Under the pieces are notes generated by a model, which was given only the letters and a program-made list of their open reading frames with translations, ran no database searches and was not told the DNA's origin. From Octopus sinensis (lineage: Eukaryota), in contig NW_021832866.1 in assembly GCF_006345805.1 (NCBI RefSeq), positions 28,098 to 92,097 of the forward strand: a stretch of 64,000 nucleotides of DNA, in the 5' to 3' direction. Shown piece after piece: positions 1-14,262 of this stretch. Within the stretch, counting starts at the first letter, position 1. Each line of letters opens with the position of its first letter. A program made the translations under genes and the position numbers.

Positions 1-112
1 TTTTACATTAGCATCATCACCTATCCTGCTAGCACTAAGAGAGCAGAGGAATAACCTCTGAAACATATCTGTGGAGAGTGACCTGTGAATTAAATAGCAG
101 ATAATCATTTAA

Positions 113-328
113 CCTTTTGGCATTTAAACCAACCATGTCAGACCCAAATATTCTTGCTGTTTTAAATTCAAAGTAGCCAGATCCAACCTCTTGCTCCTAT
201 CCTACAATGTCATTCTAAAAACAGTCATATCATTGACCTCTTGAAGATATGAGATAATACATCATTAATTCAAACCAATGTGAATAAATAAACATTATAT
301 GCTGCAGTGTAATCTGAGTGCTAAAGGG
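113..328. mobile_element. piggyBac-like MITE (TTAA TSD, CCCTTTAGCA-type TIRs); further copies 2217-2436 and 30689-30876
   Basis: ttaa|ccttttggcattt...tgctaaaggg|ttaa; homologous interiors in three copies. Confidence 0.75.
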
Positions 329-377
329 TTAACAGGTAGGAACTGGTAACAGAGAGATAGCTCTTTCATTAAAAAAT

Positions 378-609
378 AATAATAATAATGAAATTATTGT
401 ATACAGTGCTCAGGTGCACCACAGCTTGTCAAAAGTGTGTATAAAGCATATGCAGTAATGTACAAATGTCTGGGAAGTGAACAGTGTATGAGTCAGATAC
501 ATGCTTGTGTGTGTATGGAGGGGAGAAAAATCAGGTGTTGGCGAATCTCAGGAAGCATGGAAGTTTTGAAGGATGCAGTGCTCCGACAACTAACACCTGA
601 TGCTGGCAG
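378..609 (-). mobile_element. CR1-clade LINE 3' end fragment
   Basis: Near-identical to the 3' end of the 11241-11720 element; (ATT)n tail. Confidence 0.75.
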
Positions 610-3107
610 TAAGTAACAGTTACATGGTTTAAAGTCCCTTAAATGTGGAATCCCTGTTCTTTTTCTTTCTCTTAATGTTAATTGTGAACTCTGACTCATT
701 TATAATAAAATTATATGAACTGCTAAGCCTTCACCCTTTTCTGGCCCAATTGTTATACTTATTTTATGTTCGACATGATCAGATCCAACCTCTCACAATT
801 TCCCTACAATATCATTCTAAAAACAAACAATCACATCTTTGAAAAGAATAAATATATGATTCAGATTCAGCTGGCTCCAGATCACAATATCTGGAACAGG
901 CCTCTCTCCAAAGTTACAGCTCTCCACAGCATCACTTCTCCACGAGACAAATGTCCAGGACTTAACTTTATCGTAAATCCATTCTGCAGGTTCTAATACA
1001 GTCTGGTTCTTGATTCTATGCTATTTTGGCAACTCTCTTTACCAAAACAGTGCTAAACCTACTGATGTGATCTGTTGAGCCCCATGTGTGAGGCTGAGAG
1101 GGGAATTTTGGTATCTAGCCTCCCTACAATCTTCATACACCCAAGTTAGATTTATACCCTTTGAAAATTAGCTGAAGAAACTTCTATGAGGCAGGCTGCT
1201 TTGTCCCAATAATTCTAGATATTGTGGCCGAAATTCTAGTTGACCTCTCATTCAAGAACTAATTCATCTCTTGATATAGAAAAGTGAGATGAAAGCTAAA
1301 AGTTTGTGTGTAACTTATGTATGTGTGTATGTATACATAGCTATTTTATGAATTGTACATATAAAATTGGTAATGTATATTTAAATATTTTTGTGTCCAC
1401 TAGACACCAAAATAAGAAATTAGAGAGAGAAAAAGAGTCTCAGAGATGGACAGACACACAGATTGTATGTAGTTGTACATATAGCAGAATACCAGGAACT
1501 GTTTGCTGACCTCTTCTATTATTCTAGGGTCATATTCTGTCTTATCACCTCTACCATACGATCAAATATATTTCTGCTTTGATACAAGAGGCAGGAGAAT
1601 AGTTTCCCTCTTTTGTTACCATTTTGATAGAATTTCTACTAATATTAATAACATTATGTGGATTGTGTTTCTTCCATTTCTTTGGTATTCGTGTCTGGTC
1701 CCACCCTGTTCCCACCCTGTTCCCACCCTGCTCACACACTGTTGTATCATCTGAGTCTTTTAACACTCTTAACATGAATAAATATTTTGGTGTGAAAGGA
1801 AGTGCAATTTAGTTGGACAACAACACACGATGTCTATGGTGCTCCAGCATGGCCAGGGTACACACACACACATACATGTTTCTAAATATAAAGATCCCCT
1901 TCGGTCATGAATGACCATTGGAATGCTCCTAGAAAGTTACTCTCTGAGGCACAAGTTGGGTCAAGGTTGTTCATAGAAGACCTGCAGTCACCCATACATA
2001 TCAGCTTCCACCTTTCCACACCACCAATGTTGTCCAAAGAAAAGGCAAAGAGCCAATACAGCTTGGAACCAGTAATGTCACAACTCAGTTCTACAACTGA
2101 GTTAATTGGAGCAACGTGAAATAAAGTGTCTTGCTCAAGAACACAACACACTGCCTGGTCCAGGAATTGAACTCACCACCTCATAATTGTGAGCCTGACA
2201 CTCTAACCACTGTTAACCCTTTAGCATTTAACCGTCCGTACCTGGCCGAAATATTCTACCTGTTTTACTCCCAAACTCGCCATATCTGGCCTTTCACACC
2301 TACCCTACAATGTCATTCTAAAAATATACAACCGCATCACCAAAATTCCAAAGTGATGAGACCATGTGTGATTAATTTCTAAACAATATGAATACATAAG
2401 GATTACATTTGACAGATTAATTTGACTGCTAAAGGGTCAAAATATGTGTTTGTCCCCAACTCCCACTCTTTGTAAGCCTAATACATATCCTATCGGTCTC
2501 TTGTGCTGAACCGCTAAGTTACAAGGATGTAAACGCACCATTATTGGTTGTCAAGCGATGTTCGGGTGACAAACACAGACACACAAACACAGACACACAA
2601 ACATACACACACAAACATACACACACAAACATACACACATATATATGACAGGCTTCTTTCAGTTTCCATCTACCAAACCATTCACAAGGCTTTGGTCGGC
2701 CTGGGGCTATAGTAGAAGACTCTTGCTCAAGGTGCCAGGCTGTGGGACCAAACCCGGAACCACACAGCCACTCCAGTGGCTATTATTATTATCATTATTA
2801 TTATTATCATCATGTTTTTTCCTTCTTTCTTCAAATTTTCTTCTGTTTCTCGCCGAGTGTTTTCCATACACCTAGGGCAGAGAAGGGCATTGTTTGCATT
2901 CCCAGATTACACGCGCAAATTCACAGATAAAATATGTATTTAAAAATTAATAAATAAATAAATTCATGGATGGATGTTATTTTCACAGTGATAGTGCTCT
3001 TCTCAATACATGAGCCGTTCCAGTTAATACGATTTTTTGCACTTTCTGTAAGGATGGTAAGCCTGGAATCATTTTCAAATAGGTTTCAGTGCCTTTTTTT
3101 ATCATTC

Positions 3108-3184
3108 CTTATTATTATTATTATTATTATTATCATTATTATTATTATTTATTATCATTATTATCATTATTATTATTATTATTA

Positions 3185-3223
<39 letters not shown>

Positions 3224-3510
3224 TATTATTATCATTATTACCATTATTATTATTATTATTATTTATTATCATTATTACCATTATTATTATTATCATTATT
3301 ATTATTATCATTATCATCATCATCATTATTATTATTATTATTATTACTTTGGCGTTAGGAAGGGCATCCAGCCATAGAAACATTGCCAGATCAGACTGGG
3401 CCTGATGCAGCCTTCTGGCTTCACAGACCCCAGTTGAACCGTCCAACCCATGCTAGAATGGAAAGCGGACACTAAATGATGATGATGATGATGATTACTA
3501 CTATTATTAC

Positions 3511-3550
<40 letters not shown>
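3108..3550. repeat. (ATT/ATC)n compound microsatellite interrupted by an RTE 3' tail (3349-3495)
   Basis: Direct inspection. Confidence 0.95.
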
Positions 3551-5311
3551 TGTTTTCGTCTGTTCTCTCTGTCAACAATCATCCAAATACCAATTTGAAC
3601 GTTAAAACTTGGGAAAATATTGGAAGAACTCTCTTGTTTGTGGTAATTATAGTTTAATTGAACTCAGATACAAATGCTATTCCTTTGATGGTCGTCGTGC
3701 TAGCAGAATGAAATAACTTTCGAGTTCCATTCTGGATTCAAAATCTTCAGAGATTTCCAGTTGGCAACATCACACATTTACACATGCAGTGTTAGTTCCC
3801 TGGTAGTTCTGCTGAAGTTGTTCTGCTTCTCTTGCGGGGGGAAATGTTCAAAGAATTTATGAGATGATTGCCGATGTACAACATGTTTCTCTTTAAACAG
3901 GTTCTGTTGCTTTCGATAAAGGTTAATGGAGTGGACAGTTGAAGAATTTAGAAGTTCGGTAATGTGTTAACATTATTGCCGGAGATAATAACTCCAGGTT
4001 CCTTCTAAAGAGGTTGGTTGATCTGATGCCAGTTGTAATGAGATTCTGTACATGGAATTTAGTGTATCCTGAAAATTTTGTTTCTTTAAATATTAAAAGA
4101 GTGAAAATAATGAATACTTTCACTTCAATTTAAAGATTTTAATCTGAGCAGAGACCAGGAATTTGCAGTGGGGGAAGATAATTGACTATATCAACCCCAA
4201 TATTTCAATGGTCCTTTATTATACAAACCCCTAGTATGTAATTGGTATTATAGGTGCAGGCATGGCTGTGTGGTAAGAAGTTTGCTTCTTTATCACATGG
4301 TTCCAGGTTCAGTCCTACTGCGTGGCACCTTCTAAAGGCTTGTGAGTGGATTTGGTATGTGGAAACTGAGAGAAGCTCATATAAATACCTATATATATAT
4401 CTATGTGTGTCTTTCTGCATTTATTCCACCCCATCACTGCTTGGCAACCAGTGTTGGTTTATTTACATCATTGTAAATAGTGTGTGTGTGTGTGTGTGTG
4501 GTATCTGTATATGTGTTTGTCCCCCGCTCCCACATGACAACTGGTATGTTTATGTCAACCTAGCTTAACGGTTCAGCAAAATGATGGGGTCAATTTGTTT
4601 GAATTAATCCTTCAAGGCAGTGCTCTAGCATGGCCACTGTCCAACGAATGAAACAAGTAAAAGATAAAAGGTACGCACACACACACAAACACAAATGTAT
4701 ATACATAAACACACACACACACATGGGTTTACTGAAAATACAAGCTTGTTTGTTATTTTATATTTTGGAATGTGTGTTTGGATGTAATTCATGTGGGCTT
4801 CTGGTTTTCTACATCAATGGATATTGGTTTGCAAACTGTAACTGTAGTCATTTGCAAATGTTGTCCCTTGAGATATTTGTTCTGCATCACTTTACAGATT
4901 CTCCCTTCTACCAACTTACTACAAAAAGTGTTTTATTGCATAAGCACAGGCATAGCTGTGCATGTGTGGTTGTGTAGTAAGAAGTTTGCTTCTCAGCCAC
5001 ATGGTTCTGGGTTCAATCCCACTGCATGGCACCTAAGGCATGTATCTTCTACAATAGTCACAGGCTGACCAAAGCCTTGTGAGTGGACTTGGTTGATAGA
5101 AAATGTAATAAGACCACCGTGTGTGTGTGTATGTGCGCACACACACGCATGCGTCTGTGTTTACATCCCCTCATCTTAGTAGTTTGGCAAAAGGGACATA
5201 CAGAATAAGTACTGGACTTAAAATGATGAATACTGGGGGTCAATTATTCAAGGCTGTGCCCCAGCATGGCTGCAGTCTAATGTCTGAAACAAGGAAAAGA
5301 TAAAAGATATA

Positions 5312-6385
5312 TACAATAGACCCCATTTTATAAATCCATCTTGGGACTGCCTCTTTTGGATTTATTAAATGAGGGATTTTTTTAACAGAGGGAACAAAAT
5401 TCGCCAAATGATTAAATAAGTGTATTTATTAAAATACAAACATATACAAATACACGAATAAAAACATTATAAACAATGTCATTCAATGAAGAATTTGTCG
5501 AGTGTTCTTTGCTTTGCTGGACATTTTGTCCACAACTCTGCATTGATTTTTCCTTAAGAGTTCTAAAAAGATTCATGTCATCATCATCATCATCGTTTAA
5601 CGTCCGTTTTCCATGCTAGCATGGGTTGGACAATTCAACTGGGGTCTGGGAAGCCAGGAGGCTGCACCAGGCTCCAGTCTAATCTGGCAGTGTTTCTACA
5701 GCTGGATACCCTTCTTAACGCCAACCACTCCATGAATGTAGTGGGTGCTTTTTACGTGCCAGGGGAGGCTGGCAGCGGCCACGATTGGTTGGTGCTTTTT
5801 ACGTGCCACCAACACAGAAGCCAGTCAAGGCGGAGCTGGCATCGACCATGTACAGATGGTGCTTTTTACGTGCCAATCAAAATTTTTAAGGCCACTTTCT
5901 AATTGAGTTAGTGTCTCATTTCAGTTGGTGTTGGAGGTGCCAGAACTCTTTCATCAACATCAATGTCGGAATCATCATCTTCATCTCCTTTGGATTCCTT
6001 CTCAGGTTGCTGAATGTCATGAATGATCTCATCTAGTTTCTTCTTCTTCGGTGATGATCTCTGGGGCAACAAAAGCACCATCATTTATGGACAACCAGTT
6101 CTTAAATTGCTTTTTAGTCAATCCAGTTGGCATTGAAGGCAGGATCAAATCTTTGTTAACATCTATGACTTCATTTGATTTTTTGGCCAAAAACAAAACA
6201 AGCTTTGCTCCAACAATGTTTGATTGTCTGGCTAGAGACCTTCTTCCAAGCTATGCTTAGCATGTGCATGGTATCCAAAATGGTGACCCACTTTGCAACT
6301 TCTTTGGCAAAACTGTCACATCAGTGTCTTCCATAACATCAATGAGCTTCTTGAACATTTCATGTCTGAAGTAGGCTGTGAGATG
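5312..6385 (-). mobile_element. Tigger/pogo transposase remnant, interrupted by an RTE 3'UTR copy (5575-5878)
   Basis: Minus strand reads ..VTILDTMHMLSIAWKKVSSQTIKHCWSKACF..acidic tail..PPTPTEM (TIGD/CENP-B-type C-terminus) with frameshifts. Confidence 0.8.
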
Positions 6386-6399
6386 AAGCAGCAGTTGTC

Positions 6400-6960
6400 C
6401 AAATGGAAGAGGCCTTCATCTCCACTACTGAAGAAGGCATAAAAGAGCCGCACCTCAATCAAGCATGTTCTTCATTTTTTTCCAACATCTGCAGTATTTT
6501 GCATTGAGAATTCCTCTTCCAGGGGCCAGATCATCAACCAAGAATTCTACTGCAACGTTTCGAAGCATTTGGGGGAGGACATTCGGTGGAAGTGACCGGA
6601 TCTGTGGAGCACAAAGAATTAGATTCTTCATAGTGACAATGCACCATCACTGAGCTCTCCTCACTCATGAGTTTTTTATACCAAAATCAACATGGTATCA
6701 CTTCCACACCCACCCTATTTGCCAGATTAGCACCTGCAGATTTCCATCTCTTCTGCAAAAAAAAAAAAATGATGCTCAAAGGTCACAGATGGTTCTCGAC
6801 TCACTTACAGAAAATGACTTCCAGGCCAGATTCCAAAAGTCGCAGGAATGCTGGGACTGGTGTAGTGATGCACAAGGTAACTATTTCAAAGGAGATGATG
6901 GTAAAACTTGGGTAATTTTCATTAAGCATAACTAGTCCAGGAACTTTTGGATGCTTGTAT
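6400..6960 (+). mobile_element. mariner transposase remnant
   Basis: Broken frames give GQIINQEFY..PDLWSTKN*ILHSDNAPS..LPHPPYLPDLAPADFHLF (mariner HDNAP / YSPDLAP motifs). Confidence 0.85.
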
Positions 6961-7163
6961 ATAATGCTTGTGCATATACTTAATATATCATTATGTATGT
7001 TACATGTTTGTGTACATATTATTAGAATTGTTACTCTGTCAGTGGAATGGGCAAGAAAGGAGCTGGGTGTAATCAAGAGATAAGGTTTACATATTCTTTC
7101 ACATATTTGTGTGCCAAATATTTCTGGTTTTTGTTTAAAGTCCTTCATTTTTATCTCTTGCAG

Positions 7164-7210
7164 CTTTTGGTAATGCTAAGACGGCCAGGAATGATAATTC
7201 TTCCAGATTT
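7164..7210 (+). CDS. myo1b: myosin-I exon (switch I: [16 protein letters not shown])
   Basis: ttgcag|...|gtaagt, 47 nt, phase 1-0. Confidence 0.95.
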
Positions 7211-10200
7211 GTAAGTTGGATTTTATATACATATATATATATTTAAAATTCTTTTGCTCTCTTTGTTTCTTAGATCAATTTTTATATATTTTATTAACAG
7301 TTGTGGTGGTGGTGGTGGTGGTTCTGGTGACAATAGCTGTTGTTATGTGGCATGGGCTACTTTAACTTTTTATCTGTCTACTATGCATGGCCGGGTGCAA
7401 AACGGTCTCAATCATGGTTCTGTACCATTCTCCAGTCACTGTGACACCATTTCTGTCATCGTCCTCAAAGGAATAAAGACTGATAATTCCATCTTCTATC
7501 AATCCACACCATACCATGCACCTTACAGGGGGCTGCAGTTCTCATTGGTGCTCTGTTCTTGGGTTCTCAGAACCCCCAAAATGGCATTTTTGTTTGTTGA
7601 AGAATCCATTCAAATGAAAGCACATAAAATCTGAAAAGAGAGAGAAAAGATTAAATAATTAATTTCCATAATGTCCTTTATATTGTATCAAAATTTCGTG
7701 CATTTATTTGTGAAGTGAAGGAAGTTATTCAAAATTGAAATCCATCAGTGACTTTTGGGACACCTCGTATAACCTTGACATTGTTGTACAGAAAGTCACA
7801 AAGAGCCCCACATACCCCTAGAAACATAGTTTAGCTATACCTGTATGATATTTAGAGGTCTTCACTTATTCAACTGCTTACCTAAAGAAATCAGAAATAT
7901 AAAAGGAACCTCTACTGAGATTAATTCCTAATGGTGATACTGGACCAGCCAACCATTCAAGGATACACTCAGGGAAAATCAGCTGCTCCAAACTTGATTG
8001 TGGACCAACTTCCAGCCACAAAACAACAAAAGAAAATAAATTATAGCAGTGCTCCAGCATGGCTGCAATCTTACAACTGAAACCATTAAAAGAATAAAGG
8101 GAAAAAAAGAATAAGTTAAAATCTTCCATCAAAATTTCACGTTAATTCATGTTCCAATCATCAACTTAATACTGGTTATACTCGATATTGCTCCAATCTG
8201 GCCAACCCCAAGGAAAAATAAACCAAGAGCATTACATTCCTGGGAAGAATTTTTTTTTTCTGTCCTTGTTTTTGTATACATTTGCTGCATTCTTCCAAGC
8301 TCATTTTTCCTTGGGGCTGGCCAGATTGGAGCAATCTCGAGTAGAACCAACCGAAATTGCAAAGATAATCTGGAACTTGACTGAGGATAGAAAACTCCGA
8401 ATGATTCATCCTTGTTTTCCTTGTATCGTCTGTCTGGATATTTTTCTCCCCAGACACAATAGAATATGCTTCAACACATGAACTCATATAAAGAATCTTG
8501 CAAACCAAATTTAAAAACGAAATAGTTTTTAAATATCAAATGGCTATGGGGGTCCACCAGAATAAAAGAATAACTAATGGGGTCCACAGATAAAAAAAAT
8601 GGTTGAGAGCACCTATGTTAAAAGTAACTATAACACTGTAACAAAATTTTCATTTTTGTTTTGTCTTTGGTCAGTAAGTATTATTTCCTATTTGCTTCTA
8701 TCAAAAAATCAAAGGAAATGGCTACTATTCCCTTGAAACTTTGCTTTGTGGTCTGGGCATCAATGTTTTGAAACTGATCTATTTTCCATTACATTTCAGA
8801 CAGATTCACTGCTGAATTGCTGAAGCAGAAATATCATTATAGCAAATATTCTGCTCAATACCAACAGATTTGCTTGGCACTTGCTTGACGTTAACCACTT
8901 GAGCATGTCCCTTGGTGGCTGACAATATGTGCATCTCTGAACGTGAGCAGGAGAGCATAATAGCCATGTGTTGAAAGGGGATTCTTTGGGGTTTGAATAA
9001 ATGTAACAAAAGCAAAGTTTGAAGGAAATGTTGGCCATTTTTCTTACTTTCTAAGGGTAAGCAAATAAGAAATAACTGTTGCTACCCAAGCATAAAAAAA
9101 ACAAAAAATCATTCTTTTGAGAAGCTATTTACTTCATTCACAATAACATGTCACCTTTATTGCATTCCATCAACATGTGGTTGTCTTCTGTGCTTCTGTA
9201 AATGTTCTTGGTGTTAATGTTGTTGCTTTTATTTTTCAGGGGAAATATATGGACATAGAATTTGATTTCAAAGGTGACCCAATTGGTGGGGTCATAACAA
9301 ATTGTAAGAATTTATAGTTTTTTTGTTTTGTTATTGATTTTGACTAAATAAAGAGTGACCGTATCTGTACGTACACACACACTGATACAAGCATATATAC
9401 ATATATACACATACACAGATACACACACATAGTATATATGTGTGTATATATATATATATACATATAGATAGACTGATAGATATAAATACACACACACACA
9501 TGCATATGTATGTATGTATGTACACATGCTTAAATATATATACATATATATAAACACACATACACACACACATAAACACACACATACATTTTTGCCCCCA
9601 TTTCTTCCTTTCTCTATCTGTTTTCTCCCCTTGTTCCTTTCTGTGGAAGAGCATAAACGCCAAAGACTTCCTTTTCTGCTGAGTGCCAAATTAATATATC
9701 CCGTTTGTTGTTCCCTTACTTGTCTTTGCCTTCTATATCATTTTAAACCTTATTCATATATATATATGCATATGTGTGTGTGTGTATGTGGAGGCGCAAT
9801 GGTCCAGTGGTTAGGGCAGCGGACTCGCAGTTGTAGGATCGCTGTTTCAATTCCCAGACCGGGTGTTGTGAGTGTTTATTGAACAAAAAACACCTAAAGC
9901 TCCACGAGGCTCCAGCAGGGGTTGGTGGTGATCCCTGCTGTACTCTTTCGCCACAACTTTCTCTCACTCTTTCTTCTGTTGGCCTGCTCGCTTAGCCAGC
10001 GGGGTGGCGTCCTCTGATGGTTAAAACAATGCGAAGCGCATTGTGACCAGCGATGTGTAGCAACATCTGATAACCTGGTAGGTCACGTGATCACGTGATA
10101 TATATATACATACATACACACACACACACGGGTATGTTGGTGCAAACAGGAAAAATAGAACTGAATATATACATATGATTATATGCATATTTTTATTAAA

Positions 10201-11036
10201 TATTAATAAACCTATGTATAAGGTGCAGGAGTGGCTGTGTGGTAAGAAGCTTCCTTCCCAACCACATTGTTCTGGGTTCATTCCCACTGTGTGGCACTTT
10301 GAGAAAATGTCTTCTATTATAGCCTTGAACTATGGTGACAATATTACACAACTTAAAGAATAGTGAAACACAGGACATGAACACCACCGCCTGGCTACTT
10401 CGTTGTCTGTTACCTTTCACACCTGTACAACACCTGTTGACTCCTGAGACTAAATCTACAATAGACAGATTTATTTATCAGCTGATAGTCAGAGATTCTT
10501 CAGCTGTGACCTTCCTGTCTTTAAGTCCGACATAATGTATTCAAGACGACATAAGCCAATGTTCTTTCACTATGTTTAAAATGGTGGTGTGTGTTATTCG
10601 AGCGGCAATTAACTACTATTTGTAACACATCAATTTGGTGATCGTTATAATAATCAAAAACGATATAGGGGAAATAACTCTTATTAAAAAATTAACAGTT
10701 ATTTCCCTTTAAAATCTTTTTTTTTTTCCTTTATAAATTTGGGATTTAGTGATATTCTTTGAGTGGCAGGCACTTAAACTGGGATGTCCACTCCTCTTTG
10801 ACTTTGTATTTATTCTTTTGAAAGAAGCCCATTGTATGTTTGTGTCTGCCACGTGCATTGCTTGACAACTAACGTTGGCAATTTGATAAAAGACACCAGT
10901 GAAATAAATTGCAGACTTAAAAATAAACTCTGGGAATTTTTTTGTTTGTTTTGTTCACTAAAACCTTTCAAGGTGGAGCCACAGTATGGCAGCAGTCTTC
11001 AGTCAAAGTCAAATGACTGAAACAAGTAAAAGAAAC

Positions 11037-11074
<38 letters not shown>

Positions 11075-14000
11075 TTATAATTAAGGGTGTCTAAGAGATA
11101 CCACCACGCTGAAAATAGCAGTAGAAACTCTACTCTAAAACCACATTAAATGTTCAATATAGCACCAGGAGAGAAGACAAGGAGACAAAATAATCGAGCA
11201 AAAAAAATTACTGGATAATTTTGCTAGTTTAATGTTTTACTAATAATAATGAAATTATTGTATACAGTGCTCAGGTGCACCACAACTTGTCAAAAAGTGC
11301 GTATAAAGCATATGAAGTAATGTATAAATGTCTGGGAAGTGAAGAGTGTATGAGTCAGATACATCCTTGCGTGTGTATGGAGGGGAGAAAATAAGGGGTA
11401 ATGTTGGCGAATCTCAGGAAGCATGGAAGTTTTGAAGGATGTAGTGCTCCGACAACTAACAACTGATGCCGGCAGTTTGTTCCATGCTTCAGCAACTCTT
11501 AGCGTGAAAAAATGGTTCCAAAAGTCATGGGAGCTGTGCTGTTTTCTGACTTTGTAAACATGTCCACGAGTGTTAGACAGATGGAGTTTGAAAAGGTGCT
11601 CAGAGTTATTGTTTGTAAGATGGTTAATAATTTTATGGGTGTCTGCCAAGTCAGCTGCCAGACGTCGGAGTTTCAAAGTATCCATGCCCAGGGAAGTAAG
11701 GTGTTCAGAATATGGCAAATGCTACTAAACACTATGGCATCCTCTCGTTAAAACTGTATTACTATGTCTGTCTAATACTAATATTGTTGAATAATGTTTT
11801 GTTTTGTTTTTTTCTCTTTCACTAGATTTACTTGAAAAGGTATGTAGTTTTCCATTTTGTTTCTGTTGATTTTCACATTATCAAATTCAATTTTTGTTTG
11901 TTTTTACAATTTTCCAAAATTCAGAAATTAAATTTCTCTCAAATTTGCATTTCTTTTTCAATTTAATTCCATTGCAAATTTTCAAATATAGGAAACATCC
12001 ATATATTAGAATTCTTGACACAGATAATTATCTTCAACTTGCTTATATTTAAATGAATTTTTAATTTTATTTCATTTCTGCTAATATTTGTTGTACTTTC
12101 TTCAAATGTTCAATCCTTCTCATGGTGTTCCATGGAATAAATGCATAATAACATAGTCACATGTTTAGGTATTCATGTAGGAAGATGATAATATGTGATA
12201 AAATGCAGAGCAACAGTCATATATTTGTGACCCCAGAAATTTACCCTCCGAGGCACAAGTCTGGGCAAGGTTGTTTATGGAAGACCAGCAGTCGCCCATG
12301 CATACCAGCCTCCCCTCACCATGCCACCGATGTTATCCAAGGGGAAGGCAACGGCCGATACAGCTTGGCACCACTGTCATCGCAGCTCATTTATTAACGT
12401 GCAAGTGGCTGAGCACTTCACAGACACATGTACTCTTAATGTAGTCCTCGGGAAGATTGTGTGACACAGAGTGTAACAAGGCTGGCCCTTTGAAATACAA
12501 GTACAACAGAAACAGAAAGAAAGAGTGAGAGAAAGTTATGGTGAAAGAGTACAGCAGGGATCGCCACCACCCCCTGCTGGAGCCTCATGGAGCTTTAGGT
12601 GTTTTCGTTCAATAAACACTCACAATGTCCGGTCTGGGAATTGAAACTGCGATCTTACGACTGCGAGGTCGCTGCCCTAACCACTGGGCCATTGCGCCTC
12701 CAGAACAGTCACATATAGACAATCATAATCCATACTTGGTGGTAGATTTAATCTCAGCTCTTGGATATCTTTTAGCACAGTAGTCCTCAACCCTTTTTTG
12801 TACCTCAGGCTAGTTTCATGCTGGACAGTCTTTGTCTTGGAAGCGGTAATCAGACATGTAACAACCAGAACAAAGTGCATAATATATAATTTGATTATTA
12901 CAACAAGCTGGCCTCCAAGCCGATGGCCCGTTAAACACACCATTCCGAGTGTGATCATTACCTGTGTTGCCTACTAGCACTTGTGCTGGTGGCACATGAA
13001 ACATTCGAGTGAGGTCATTGCCAGTGCCGCTGGACTGGCTACTGTGCTGGTTGCACATAAAAAGCACCATTTGAGCATGGCTATTGCCAGTACCACCTGA
13101 CTGGCTCTCGTGCCGGTGGCACGTAAAAGCACCCACTACACTCTTGGAGTGATTGGCGTTAGGAAGGGCATCCAGCTGTAGAAACACTGCCAGGTCAGAT
13201 TGGAGTCTGGTGCAGCCATCTGGTTTGCCAGCCCTCAGTCAAATCGTCCAACCCATGCTAGCACGGAAAGCGGACGTTAAACGATGATGATGATGATGAT
13301 GATCAATAGGAAACTGAACCTTTCAGACTGAGATACTTGGCACTCGTCATACTCAAGAAGACCCATACCCCGCAGCAGAAGTATTAAAACATCCTTCTGG
13401 TAGTGTAATGCACTCATGATGGTACCATGTAAAAGCCTGTGCGGTGCCACATACAAGTGCCCATGTGGCATCATGTAAAAGCACCCACGTAGCATCACAT
13501 GAAAGTGCTTGTGCGAGGCCATGTAAAAGTGACCATGCAGTGCCATGTATAAGCACCTGTGCAGTACTACATGAAAGCACCTGTCCAGCACCCATGTGGT
13601 GCCATGTAAAAGCACACTCTGTAAAGTGGTTGGAATTAGGAAAGGTCTGCCGCTGTAGAGACCATGCCAAATCAGACTGGGGTCTGGTGCAGCCCCACCC
13701 CCACCCAGTGTGCCAGCTGCAGTCACACCATCCAACCCATACCCGGAATGGACAATAGATATTAAATGATGATGAATGTTAATCGTCACCATCATCATCA
13801 CCATCATTTCAAGTTTGTTTTCCATGCTGTCATGGGTTGGACAGTTTGGCAGGAGCTGGTGAGGCTTGGGATTACACCAGGGTCCACTGTCTGCTCTGGC
13901 ATTGGATTAAAATAGAAAATGGGAAACAAAACACTTGGCGTCACTTGAAAAACATTTTAGATGAAGAATATATCTGTTTATAATCTCCATCGAAATTAAA

Positions 14001-14079
14001 TGTTTTTTGAGTGATGTCAAATGTTTTGCTTTACCACTTTCTATTTTAATCTGTCTCTCTCTCTTTCTCTCTCTCTCTC

Positions 14080-14120
<41 letters not shown>

Positions 14121-14188
14121 TATTTTTATGAATGAATATGTATATATATGTATATGTATATATGTGTATATGTATATATGTGTGTATG

Positions 14189-14262
<74 letters not shown>

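Noticed and set aside
2970-3446. Overlapping 89-135 aa ORFs rich in I/Y/L/N (likewise 56797-57306, 47119-47650, 26544-26930, 14041-14346)
   Set aside because: Translations of microsatellites; no splice or domain support.
1-7163. Search for the upstream myosin exons (P-loop GESGAGKT, SNPVLE)
   Set aside because: No matching frame with splice sites found; gtcaatccagtt at ~6117 belongs to the Tigger remnant. The 5' exons are presumably upstream of the window.
8440-8520. ~75-bp sequence repeated at 49655-49735
   Set aside because: Looks like a fragment of an ordinary dispersed repeat; no structure or coding signal.
9789-9865. tRNA-like sequence (also 23514, 12630, 57680)
   Set aside because: SINE heads: continue into a shared repeat body and lack a proper acceptor stem.
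13277-13825. 182-aa minus-strand ORF, the longest in the track
   Set aside because: Antisense read-through of an RTE 3'UTR tandem array.
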